A stretch of DNA of 63,554 nt, counting the filler, from Octopus bimaculoides (taxonomy: Eukaryota): NCBI RefSeq assembly GCF_001194135.2. It is 5 parts of 4 records of this genome, joined end to end, with 100 filler letters (N's around TTAATTAATTAA, not from the genome) between each part and the next. Parts side by side here need not be neighbours in the genome. Positions count along the whole stretch, not along the records: positions 24,755 to 48,170 come from NC_068986.1; 4 more parts are not named here. One strand, 5' to 3'. Below are positions 27,150 through 38,041 of this stretch, in pieces (the first letter of the stretch is position 1; each line of letters starts with the position of its first letter). The notes under the pieces were generated by a model, which was not told the DNA's origin, ran no database searches, and saw only the letters and a list, made by a program, of their open reading frames with translations. The translations under genes and the position numbers were made by a program.

Positions 27150-27900
27150 ATGGTCACTCCTTGACCGACCACGACCAGCAACCTTTTGAGTATATATATA
27201 TATATACCGGGTCCTAACACGCGCAGAAGGAAGCGCCGCAGAAATATCATTTGCTTTGCACCCCTCTTCTCCGTCAACGTAAAACCGTGTGTAGGTACGA
27301 TGTTCCTCAGGTTAGTTGACAAACACTTTACACGTTCAAATAAGTACGGATGCATTTTCAACAGACACAATTTAAGGGTTTCTTTTAGCTGCGTCCCTGA
27401 TATTAAGAACATTCTAGTCAATTCCGGCAACACGTTCAAACAGCGCCTCTCCACAGTTTCTCTTTGATGATCCTGGAAAGGAGATCCGCTACGTCCTTCG
27501 CCAGCCATGTATGGCGGCTGAAAGACAATGAAACCCCACACATAGTATCATGGAAGGTCCTAGAAACTCCCTACAAAAATGGGACTAAGCGTTGTAAACT
27601 GTGCATGAACGGGCGATGACATTAATGGACTTCCTGGACCTGGGGAACATCCTTAACTCCAGAACAGAAGTCTTCAGACCCTGCTTGCACTTACCGAAAT
27701 TCCTGCTGGCGTCCTGGGATCCACACGCCAACATGGTCAATTAATTAGTGGTCAAAGGGAGGCAATCCCTTGTTGTTAGCGGAGTAACGAAGTCTTTCTT
27801 CCCCCATTTTCTAGAGAGACCATAGGCCAATGGGTTTTAGGAGCTGAAGAAACGCTGTGAAGCTAAGCACTTTATGGACATGAAACCCAGGATTGTACCA
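27150..27900 (+). mobile_element. Penelope-like element, RT-thumb/linker fused by deletion to GIY-YIG
   Basis: RKRRRNIICFAPLFSVNVK..FLRLVDKHF..IFNRHNLRVSFSC, then NTFKQR..VSWKVLE..NGTKRCKLC. Confidence 0.85.
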
Positions 27901-27986
27901 TAGATTGGCCATGTCTATCTTTATCTCTATAACTCTACTTCTCTATAACCTAAAGTGTGCTTCTGTTTCGGATTTATGATTTACTG

Positions 27987-28040
<54 letters not shown>

Positions 28041-28834
28041 NNNNNNNNNNNNNNNNNNNNNNNNNNNNNNNNNNNNNNNNNNNNNNNNNNNNNNNNNNNN
28101 NNNNNNNNNNNNNNNNNNNNNNNNNNNNNNNNNNNNNNNNNNNNNNNNNNNNNNNNNNNNNNNNNNNNNNNNNNNNNNNNNNNNNNNNNNNNNNNNNNNN
28201 NNNNNNNNNNNNNNNNNNNNNNNNNNNNNNNNNNNNNNNNNNNNNNNNNNNNNNNNNNNNNNNNNNNNNNNNNNNNNNNNNNNNNNNNNNNNNNNNNNNN
28301 NNNNNNNNNNNNNNNNNNNNNNNNNNNNNNNNNNNNNNNNNNNNNNNNNNNNNNNNNNNNNNNNNNNNNNNNNNNNNNNNNNNNNNNNNNNNNNNNNNNN
28401 NNNNNNNNNNNNNNNNNNNNNNNNNNNNNNNNNNNNNNNNNNNNNNNNNNNNNNNNNNNNNNNNNNNNNNNNNNNNNNNNNNNNNNNNNNNNNNNNNNNN
28501 NNNNNNNNNNNNNNNNNNNNNNNNNNNNNNNNNNNNNNNNNNNNNNNNNNNNNNNNNNNNNNNNNNNNNNNNNNNNNNNNNNNNNNNNNNNNNNNNNNNN
28601 NNNNNNNNNNNNNNNNNNNNNNNNNNNNNNNNNNNNNNNNNNNNNNNNNNNNNNNNNNNNNNNNNNNNNNNNNNNNNNNNNNNNNNNNNNNNNNNNNNNN
28701 NNNNNNNNNNNNNNNNNNNNNNNNNNNNNNNNNNNNNNNNNNNNNNNNNNNNNNNNNNNNNNNNNNNNNNNNNNNNNNNNNNNNNNNNNNNNNNNNNNNN
28801 NNNNNNNNNNNNNNNNNNNNNNNNNNNNNNNNNN

Positions 28835-28923
28835 AGTTCGGGAAAAGTTGAATCCATTGACTTGGTTAATTGTTGGATAAAATTACTACAGTTGTAACAG
28901 GAAGGGTACACTGAGTTGTTACA
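28835..28923 (-). CDS. Exon 3 (partial, runs into gap) of secreted helical cytokine/hormone-like gene
   Basis: Acceptor aatttatttcattttttag|; phase 0 open frame CNNSVYPSCYNCSNFIQQLTKSMDSTFPE(L), compatible with exon 2. Confidence 0.7.
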
Positions 28924-29532
28924 CTAAAAAATGAAATAAATTACATTAATTACATAATATTAATTACTTCATAATTAGCTAAACAAGATAGAAATCGATT
29001 AGAGGTGTTTCGTGTTTTTTTTTTATCTCTCAATGATTAAGAGGAGTTGTTTTTATAAGAATTTTTATCAAGAAATAATTATTGATTTGAAAAAGTCTTA
29101 GCAATTGGTAAACTAGAAAGTTGTAGAAGATAGGACATGATCGTAGAGGGATGAAAAATGATACATTTAACTTTGATGTCGTTCGATCTCGTAACCTGAA
29201 AACTTAACCAAATACGATGAGGTAAGTGGTTCAGTATTTTACTATTTCTGTCAAACAATCGATCATGCAGCACAGTAATTTCCGATATTGCCATCGAACA
29301 TACACAATCGATTAAATTGATCTCCAGTATATTACTAGTGACTGGTCAATCGTTCACGGAAGGATGAAGCCCTAGTTACTAATTTATCGCCCAGAAAGGA
29401 TTAATGACAAAGTCAAATCTGGTGAGATTTGAACTTAGAAAATAAATTAAATTAAATACCACAAGGTATTTCGTTGGTCCCTCAACCGCCATTCCATAAT
29501 TAATTTTTTTTAAACATATAATTATTACTTAC

Positions 29533-29687
29533 ATAATACTGTAATACGTTTCCAACTACAACTCTTGTCATTTTCGATGATTCTCTTGCTGAAGTGATGA
29601 GTTCATCTGTGGCCGACGAAGGAATTGGTGAGCCAAGAATTTGTAAAGCATAACTGCATAGCAATACGACGGTGATGAAACGGCAAA
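29533..29687 (-). CDS. Exon 2 of secreted helical cytokine/hormone-like gene (signal peptide plus predicted helix A)
   Basis: Acceptor tctttgcattatgccttatcgttccag|, donor TAT|gtaagt; 155 nt, phase 1 to 0; (V)CRFITVVLLCSYALQILGSPIPSSATDELITSARESSKMTRVVVGNVLQYY. Confidence 0.8.
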
Positions 29688-29967
29688 CTGGAACGATAAG
29701 GCATAATGCAAAGATTATTTTTACTTCGATATGTGTGTGTATAAGTGTGTGTGTATAAGTGTGTGTGTATAATGCAAAGATCATTTTTATTTCGATGTGT
29801 GTGTGTGTGTGTGTATACAAGTGTGTATGTGTGTGTTTGTGTGAGTGTGGGACGAGTATATATCTTGGAGCCCCGTCACCAAAAAGAAAAACAAACAGTA
29901 GAAAGAAAAATCATTGTTATTTGCCGAGAAGAAAATAATGTACAGAAAGCGAAAAATCTGATCTTAC

Positions 29968-29971
29968 CCAT
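29968..29971 (-). CDS. Exon 1 coding part (ATG-G) of the same gene
   Basis: ccacaATGG|gtaaga: good Kozak context followed by a phase-1 donor; joins exon 2 in frame to give MVCRF..; 280-bp intron. Confidence 0.7.
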
Positions 29972-30120
29972 TGTGGATATTCGTGCTTTTGTCAGTGAAG
30001 TGTACAATTGACTATGTCTACCTAGTGTAGCTGTTTTGTTGTAAGGTCGGCGTTAATTTGAAGCTTCAAGATAGTTACCAAGGCGAGATTGTGACCAAAT
30101 GCAAACCTTTGAGTTTGTGA

Positions 30121-30151
30121 TGAGTGAAAGCCACAACAACCCCTTTTTATA
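30121..30151 (-). promoter_or_regulatory. Core promoter: TATA box and initiator-like site
   Basis: TATAAAAA at 30151-30144 on minus; CTCA(+1)TC 30 nt downstream at 30121; implies a 150-nt 5' UTR. Confidence 0.55.
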
Positions 30152-30817
30152 GCAGCTTGTTTCTAATTTTTAAACAGAAATTTGAACCTCACTGGATTTC
30201 GTTGCATTTCAACACGGAACAATTTCAACCCTTAAACCAGGAATTCTGATGTTTAGGATTTAGTTACCAAGAATAGCCATATATAGTAGGTCGCCAAATG
30301 TTAATGTGTGGGTGCGAATATTGATGAGAGCGCATGTGTGTGTGTGTGTGTGTGTGTGTTTGTTTCACAATCGTACATCGAGACCATGTAGCTGGGGTTT
30401 AGTGGACCAAAGTGTTCCGTTTAGTTTACAAAGAAACTCGTCGAAATAACTTTAGGAAGTTAAATAGGAAAGATGATAGAGGTTTGTGCCGAAGGTTTAT
30501 TATGAAATACGTTTCTTCCATTGAAATTGTAACTTTTATTTTTTTTTCCTATCAGGATTTCTTAGATCTTTCAATCAATAAACGTAAAGAAACGAAAGTT
30601 GTTCAGTTTCTTTGTAATTCTCCTTCATTTTAATCAACGAGGAGGTGAAATAAATTTCAAGAAACAGATTCGTCTTTTGTCATTTTCTCTTATTTTGAAT
30701 TGACTTTACTTAGGCGTTACAATTCATTTCAGAGCTTTAATCTTAAGCCTGGTAATTATTCCAAAGGTCTCTTCTGTCGAACTGCTAAGTTACAGGAACG
30801 TAAACAAATACAAGCAC

Positions 30818-30852
<35 letters not shown>

Positions 30853-30939
30853 TGGGCTCCTTTTAGATTCCATCTTCCATGTTTGTGCGCGTGCGCGTGC
30901 GTGTTAGAGAGAGAGAGATAGAGTGAGTTAGTGACGGTG

Positions 30940-31095
30940 TTCTTTCAGTTTCGGTTTACCAAATCCATTCACAAGGCTTTGTTCGGCCCGAGGCTATAGT
31001 AGAAGACATTTGCCAAAGGTGCCACGCAGAGGGACTGAACTCAGCGCTATGTGGATGGGAAGCAATCTTCTTACCACACAGCCACGCCTGCGCCT
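30940..31095 (-). mobile_element. SINE family B, 5' part (tRNA head plus CORE-like module)
   Basis: Reverse complement of ggcgtggctgtgtggtaag..gagttcagtccc..ggcaccttt/gggcaa.tgtcttctactatagcc. Confidence 0.8.
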
Positions 31096-31494
31096 ATAAA
31101 CTCAACAAAATTGTCGATATTTTGCTTTTCTGGTCGACTTTCATGTTGGAAATCCATGATAAAGAATCTGTGAAGAGGTGCAGCTCTGACAACATAAGTT
31201 GTACGGAATCAACAATGGTGTCAGCAGAACTGTCCGAAATGAGTAGCGGTCTATGAAAAGATGATCAGAGAGACTGCTCACTGCTGACCTGTGGAATTGT
31301 GTCCAACAACGGTGATTGCGTGTGGTGGACAGATTTTGATGTTGTCCGAGTTAGTTTGAAATATCTCTCTGTTACCTTCGATCAGAAATGAATGACAGCT
31401 GTTTCTTTTGCTTAAGGGCCACGGCGGAAGAGACTGAAGGTTTGAACTGCCAAATCTTCATTAGCTGCTTTAAGTGCTACGTGAATATTCTTCT

Positions 31495-31703
31495 CTACTC
31501 TAGGCACAAGGCCCGAAATCTTAGGAGAAGGGGCCAGTCGATTAGATCGACCCCAGTACGCAACTGGTGCTTAATTTATCGACCCCGAAAGGATGAAAGG
31601 TAAAGTCGACCTCGGCGGAATTTGAACTCAGAACGTAAAGACAGACGAAATACCGCTAAGCATTTCGCCCGGCGCGATAACGTTTCTGCTAGCTCACCAC
31701 CTT
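31495..31703 (-). mobile_element. SINE family A
   Basis: Matches 24860-25030. Confidence 0.9.
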
Positions 31704-32134
31704 AGTGCCACATGAATATTAAATACAAAATGGAGAGTGAAATCCTGTCCTCTAGAAAATTGGAGAAAAGGTGAATGGGTAGCGACTTTGGTGTGTCTGG
31801 ACGGATTTCTGCAAAGTTTCCGTTTCTATTTACACAGCAAACAGGAAAATCAGCCTTTTGTGTTTAGGATCAACTCAGAATTTGGGATACGCATTGATTT
31901 CTCATCTGTCACTGGTCAGTTCCGTAAACGTCACCTATACTTTATTTTATTCCTATTTTTGTTTTAATACCAAATTCAGGTTCTCTAATATCGATTCCCT
32001 TCCCTCCCCCCACCGTTGATTTCAATATCTCACATTCACTGATTTTATCCCTAATCCATTCATCTTTTAATGACTTTCGTTCATTGAACTTGATATATAT
32101 ATATATAAAGCCATCCTTCTGGAGTCAATAAAAG

Positions 32135-32510
32135 AGGTGCAAGCGTGGCTGTGTGGCAAGAAGTTTTCTTTCCAACTACATGGTTCCGAGTTCAGTCCCA
32201 TGGCACCTTGGGCAAGTGTCTTCTACAACAGCCTCAGGCCAACCATACAGCCTCACGCCGATCATCGTAGCCTAGTGAGTGGATTTAGTAGATGGAAAAT
32301 GAAAGAAGCTTTTCATATAGAGTATGTGCGGGTGTGTGTGTGTCCATGTTTGTCCCTATAACCCAGCGGTCAGGCAAAAAAAGATCGATACAATAAGTAC
32401 CAGGTTTTAAAAAAATAAGTACTGGGGTCGATTCGTTCAAGTAAAACCCTTGAAAACGCTCCCTCAAATTGGCCGCAGTTCAGTGACTGAGACGAGTAAA
32501 CGATAAAGGA
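32135..32510 (+). mobile_element. SINE family B, full length, diverged
   Basis: Head gtggctgtgtgg..gagttcagtccc, ggcaccttgggcaagtgtcttc, internal (TG)n, tail ggccgcagttcagtgactga. Confidence 0.85.
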
Positions 32511-32776
32511 GGAAACAGATGAGGTTTTAAGAGATCGGAGAGGATGGGTGGATGGGGCGTTCACTTGGCGCAAATGTTTCAGGTGTTCAGTGGATTGGTT
32601 TTCTTGCGGAGATGATCTCGCTTTTAGGATGGGGTTATCCTGTTTTCTGCATGGACAATATCACCTGCATGGGAGAAAAGACCCAACTGAATTATTTTCA
32701 GTCTTACACGGCGTGGTCTTACATAGGATCAGGCAGACGACAAGTTTAGGAATACGCACGCACACGCGCACGCGCG

Positions 32777-32854
<78 letters not shown>

Positions 32855-32957
32855 ACACGTCTGTACACACTTACATATGTAGATCGATAAGTGCAGATCA
32901 ATTGATTAAGTATATTTGCAGAAAAGAATTTCCGATTTTCAGCTGCAAACCAACGCA

Positions 32958-33284
32958 GTTTATCTTTTATTCTTTTACTTGTTTCAGTAAATTGACTGCG
33001 GCCATGTTGGAGCACCACCTTTAGTCGAACAAATCGACCCCAGGACTTATTCTTTGTAAGCTTGGTGGTGGTGGTGGTGGTGGTGGGGACAAACGCAGAC
33101 ACAAAAATACATACATACATATATATACGACAGGCTTCTTCCGGTTTCCGTCTACCGAATCCAATCACAAGGCTTTGGTCGGCCCGAGACTATAGTAGAA
33201 GACACTTGCCCAAGGTACCACGTAGTGGGACTGAACCCGGAACCATGTGGTTGGGAAGCAAGCTTCTTACCACACAGCCACTCC
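32958..33284 (-). mobile_element. SINE family B with internal simple repeat
   Basis: Head, CORE-like module and tail all present on minus. Confidence 0.85.
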
Positions 33285-33329
33285 TGGAAGAAATTAAGAA
33301 ATTTAATATTAAATTTAGAATTTGCACAC

Positions 33330-33510
33330 CGGGTAGAGTGCCTCGCGGTATTTTGTCCCTCCTTACGTTCTGAGTTCAAATACCGCTGTGGTTGACTTTG
33401 CCTTTCAACCTTTCGGGGTCGATAAGATAAGTACCAGTGATACACTGGGGTCGATGTAATCGGCTTACCCCATCCCCCGAAATTGCTGGCCTTGATCCAA
33501 AATTTGAAGT
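33330..33510 (+). mobile_element. SINE family A, diverged
   Basis: cgttctgagttcaaat..ctttcaacctttcggggtcgataa..gtaccag. Confidence 0.8.
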
Positions 33511-33819
33511 TATTATTAAATTTAGAATTAAGATAGGAAAAAACCTTTAAGAATCGGCCACAACAGTTTAGTAACGGGACCCAAAAACTTACAAACGGTT
33601 TGTAAATTCTGGGAATAAAGGAGAGTTCCTTCCAGTTAGCTTTATAAATTATACTCTACTTGCAAACCTAGCGACCTACCTTAATTGCTATTCTGCACCT
33701 AGCGACCCACCTGCTTTCCAAGTATCTCATATCAATTCAATACATACGCACGTGCGCGAACGAGTGAGCTTGCGCGTATGTGCACATACATACACACGTA
33801 TGTATACGTACAAAGGCGA

Positions 33820-33904
33820 CTGTCTTCTACTCTAGCCTCTGGCTGACCAAAGCTTTATCAGTGGATTTCGTTCACGGAAACTGAAAGAAGCCCGTCGTGT
33901 GTGC

Positions 33905-33946
<42 letters not shown>

Positions 33947-34730
33947 NNNNNNNNNNNNNNNNNNNNNNNNNNNNNNNNNNNNNNNNNNNNNNNNNNNNNN
34001 NNNNNNNNNNNNNNNNNNNNNNNNNNNNNNNNNNNNNNNNNNNNNNNNNNNNNNNNNNNNNNNNNNNNNNNNNNNNNNNNNNNNNNNNNNNNNNNNNNNN
34101 NNNNNNNNNNNNNNNNNNNNNNNNNNNNNNNNNNNNNNNNNNNNNNNNNNNNNNNNNNNNNNNNNNNNNNNNNNNNNNNNNNNNNNNNNNNNNNNNNNNN
34201 NNNNNNNNNNNNNNNNNNNNNNNNNNNNNNNNNNNNNNNNNNNNNNNNNNNNNNNNNNNNNNNNNNNNNNNNNNNNNNNNNNNNNNNNNNNNNNNNNNNN
34301 NNNNNNNNNNNNNNNNNNNNNNNNNNNNNNNNNNNNNNNNNNNNNNNNNNNNNNNNNNNNNNNNNNNNNNNNNNNNNNNNNNNNNNNNNNNNNNNNNNNN
34401 NNNNNNNNNNNNNNNNNNNNNNNNNNNNNNNNNNNNNNNNNNNNNNNNNNNNNNNNNNNNNNNNNNNNNNNNNNNNNNNNNNNNNNNNNNNNNNNNNNNN
34501 NNNNNNNNNTGTGTGTGTGTGTGTGTATGTTTGTGTGTCTGTGGTTGCCCCCCACCATCGCTTGACAACCGATGTTGGTGTGTTTACGTCCCTATAACTT
34601 AGTGGTTCGGCATAATTGACCGATAGAATAAGTACTAGGCTTACAAAGAATAAGTCCTGGAGTCGATTTGCTCGACTAAAGGCGGTGCTGCAGCATGGCC
34701 GCAGTCAAATGACTGAAACAAGTAAAAGAA
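33820..34730 (+). mobile_element. SINE family B split by an expanded internal microsatellite and gap
   Basis: 5' body ends gaaagaagcccgtcg at 33896; 3' body resumes gtctgtggttgccccc at 34538. Confidence 0.85.
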
Positions 34731-34989
34731 AGACATACGAACGTACACGTGAATATATATATGCATATGTATATATACAAGCATACATATATACACACAT
34801 AAACACACACACACACACACACACACAGATATATATGGATGTGTGTATATACAAAGCATACATATATGCATATGTATATATACAAGCATACATATACATA
34901 TATATAAACACACACATACATATGCGCACATACGGGTATATACGTATGTATAAGTACGCATACATGCATATACACAAACATGCATACAT

Positions 34990-35067
<78 letters not shown>

Positions 35068-35207
35068 ACATACATTTATACACATGCACAATGATACATA
35101 CACACACACACATACAAGACACTAATCCTAGCCAGGGCCGGATTAAGAGCGATAAAGGTCTTAAGCAGTTAAATGATGTTGAAGTCCCTACTTCCGACGC
35201 AGATGAA

Positions 35208-35462
35208 TTGGTTTGGTGCATAATTATTGCGTTTTTTTTTTTTCAACAAATTTTATTCAACAAAAACAATAACAATATTTAACAAAGACATCTTTAAATG
35301 ACGGTTTGACCGTCTGCCAAGCAAATGGGAAGCAGAAATTGAAGTAGATGGTGAATATGCTCCGGAATAATCATTTAAAGATGTTTTTATTACATGTTGT
35401 TATTGTTTTTGTTGAATAAAATTTGTTGAAAAAAAAGCCGTAATAATTATGCACCACCCTAA
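35208..35462. mobile_element. Mariner-derived MITE (Hsmar1-like ends)
   Basis: About 92-bp inverted arms ending tt(a/g)gg(t/g)tggtgcataatta; 69-bp spacer encodes RFDRLPSKWEAEIEVDGEYAPE*, like a mariner C-terminus; TA on the right flank. Confidence 0.9.
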
Positions 35463-36211
35463 TAATTCGAAATGTAAATATTCATAAGCCGTAAAATGAT
35501 TTTTGTGTTTTTAAATACGAAGCGAATCTAACTGGAAGATGGAAGATAATGTCTATTCTTGTATCCTTCCACTTTATTTATATTTGAAACGTTTTCTCCC
35601 ACTTTTGTATTTGTAATTGCAAAGTCCTTGATCAGATTCTTACTGTGACATCATGAACGCTTCGAAATTATATTTCCGATCATATAAACCACTTGGAATA
35701 TTACTTGATTAAGTTTAAAGTAATTTATTTTGTGCCGTAAACCATTTACGATTTCTTCGTTCCCCCACCCTTTCCCTTGCTTCCCTAAACACGTGCTTAT
35801 TTTGCTTAATGGTTAATCCAGTGCTGATCAAAGTTATGCCCAGGTACACCTCCTGCAAGCAAAATAATACCAATAACATTGCTATCTCTCCTGGATCTGC
35901 GACAAATGAAAGGCTTACAGCTTTGCTGTCCAACCGCAGCTGACAGCTACTAAATATCTGATCAGCAAGGGAGATAACCATGCACCTCCACTTTCTCATC
36001 CCAAATTCCGATTATGCCATACCAAATTATTTCTTCCTATTATCTTAGGTGTAGGCGTGGGGGTTCCCCTTGCTCTCTGGCTGCCCCCAACATTCTCCAA
36101 ATACAATTGATTCGTGGTACAGTGAAAAAAATTATAGAATATTCTAAGGACTCTCTGTTTAAGATTTCTAAGCTGGACATTAATATATACGCGCGCGCGC
36201 GCGGACACACA

Positions 36212-36301
<90 letters not shown>

Positions 36302-36359
36302 TACACATACACACACACCAATTCAGATAACCACAAGCCCAAAGAGCTGATTTCAATCA

Positions 36360-36680
36360 GTGGTATGCAACATTTGCCAGTGACCGACATGGATTCTGCA
36401 AAGGAAAAACTTGAATGTAACTACTGCTAACATCACTAAACTGTTGTATGTCTCCAAATATAACCGATTCGTCTGTGCTAGAGCCAAAAATGAAGCTACC
36501 GAATTGGAAGAAAACTATAACCAGTTCCTCTGCGATCATTGTGAGTCTAACATGATGACTGATGCGCAGGCAGGTGGAAAAAAGGAAATGTAGGAATGTA
36601 TGAAACAACTTTGGGCAAACAAGGCTGAGCTGTCTGAAGAGAGAAAACACGACACGAATTTTGTAACAGGAATGACTTGA
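36360..36680 (+). pseudogene. Decayed Cys-rich (PHD-like) ORF1 remnant, probably CR1-type LINE
   Basis: KLECNYC .. YNQFLCDHC across a frameshift, followed by a coiled-coil-like stretch. Confidence 0.4.
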
Positions 36681-36999
36681 TTATATGAAAGCATTCGATT
36701 CTATTCCCCATTAATGGCTGTTGAAGTACTTGGTTAAAGTACCTGCTACCTTTAGTTACTGCCATCGAGAAACTCACAAAAAATTGACAACAATATAAAA
36801 TTGGTGGCGCAGTCTTGGAAAAAAAGTCCTAAAGAAGAGGATAAAATGAGTACCACGAGATTCAGTCTTCATAACAGAATATTGTTTCAAAATCTCGCAT
36901 TTCATTGGTGAGATTTTGTATTAGTGCCTAGGTATTTCAGAACTCCGTTTGGTGTGCTCAAATATCAACTGCCTTCAACCTTCTTATTCCGAAACAGAT

Positions 37000-37500
37000 C
37001 AACTGCTCAATAGCCTACCGGACCACTATGTCTATAATATGCACTGGGGGACCTCAATCGGTTCTTGTAGGATCAGTGTGAGATCAGCTACAGAATAAAA
37101 CCAGAGCATGCTGAGAGAAAGAAAAAAGTGTGCAGTCTTATATGGAGCAGCTGCTCATCAATAGATTGATGCAAAAACAGACACTAATTCATGGGATGCT
37201 CGCAGAAACCAAACAATAGTGTATTTATTCCTTCTCATTACCTTATTAACTCATAGCAGATACGGTGGATGGGACATGTTTGTAGATGAGAGCACATGGG
37301 AGCCGTCACTTCTCCGTTTCGTCAAGTAACTTCATCTGCAGTAGATGTTATCACTACTGCAGATCAAGGGTAGGCCTTGTAGCCCACATGTGAGCCTGCC
37401 AGAGATGATTTCTGAACAAGGACAGTCAACGTCGACCTTCGACGGACAATCAAAAAAGGAGATTCCTTCTTAGTAACATTCTGGTAGATTCAAACGCAGA
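37000..37500 (+). mobile_element. Highly decayed RTE-like LINE 3' coding region
   Basis: QIRWMGHVCR at about 37258 resembles the RTE LRWxGHVxRM motif. Confidence 0.4.
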
Positions 37501-37985
37501 ACACGCTGATTACTGTTGATTTTATTCTTGCCGTTTGTCATCAGCGAACACCTCCTTCTTATTGGCGATGTGTGTTCATAACAGACGTGATACATCGGTG
37601 TAAGGGGTCTTTGAGACACCTTGGTGCTTGCACTTTATTGTTAGGACCATCGGTTTGGTGGGGTAAATGTGACTGAGGAAACATACAATAAGTTCGAAAC
37701 ACTGCAGTTAATCCAAGTCTTCTTACAGCTGTGAATTGAATGTGTTATCAAACGTACATCTTCTAAAGAGGGAAGATGTTCTTTGATGACGAAGTACAAT
37801 GGAGATCAGACATTCACAACAGAGATCAGACATTGGAATCTGTCAAGAAGTTTTGAGGATGAAGAGATACGGTATTGATACAAGAACGTACTTCTAAAAT
37901 GTCAGGAACTTGGTCGTAATGTATACTCATGGAAGATACTGTCAAAAACAGTGTGCTTCGTGGTTCCTACAATTCAATGCCTAAC

Positions 37986-38041
37986 CAAGATTTGGTCCAC
38001 TTAACAAGACTTGGTCCACTTAACAAGACTTGGTCCACTTA
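37986..38041. repeat. 19-bp minisatellite, 3 copies
   Basis: caaga(c/t)ttggtccacttaa x3. Confidence 0.9.

Noticed and set aside
29079-29195. Alternative exon 3 for the cytokine-like gene (VTRSNDIKVK..)
   Set aside because: Weaker acceptor, no good donor and an early stop; the 28923 acceptor is much stronger.
37986-38041. Three 19-bp repeats as a CRISPR-like array
   Set aside because: No spacers, eukaryotic context; a plain minisatellite.
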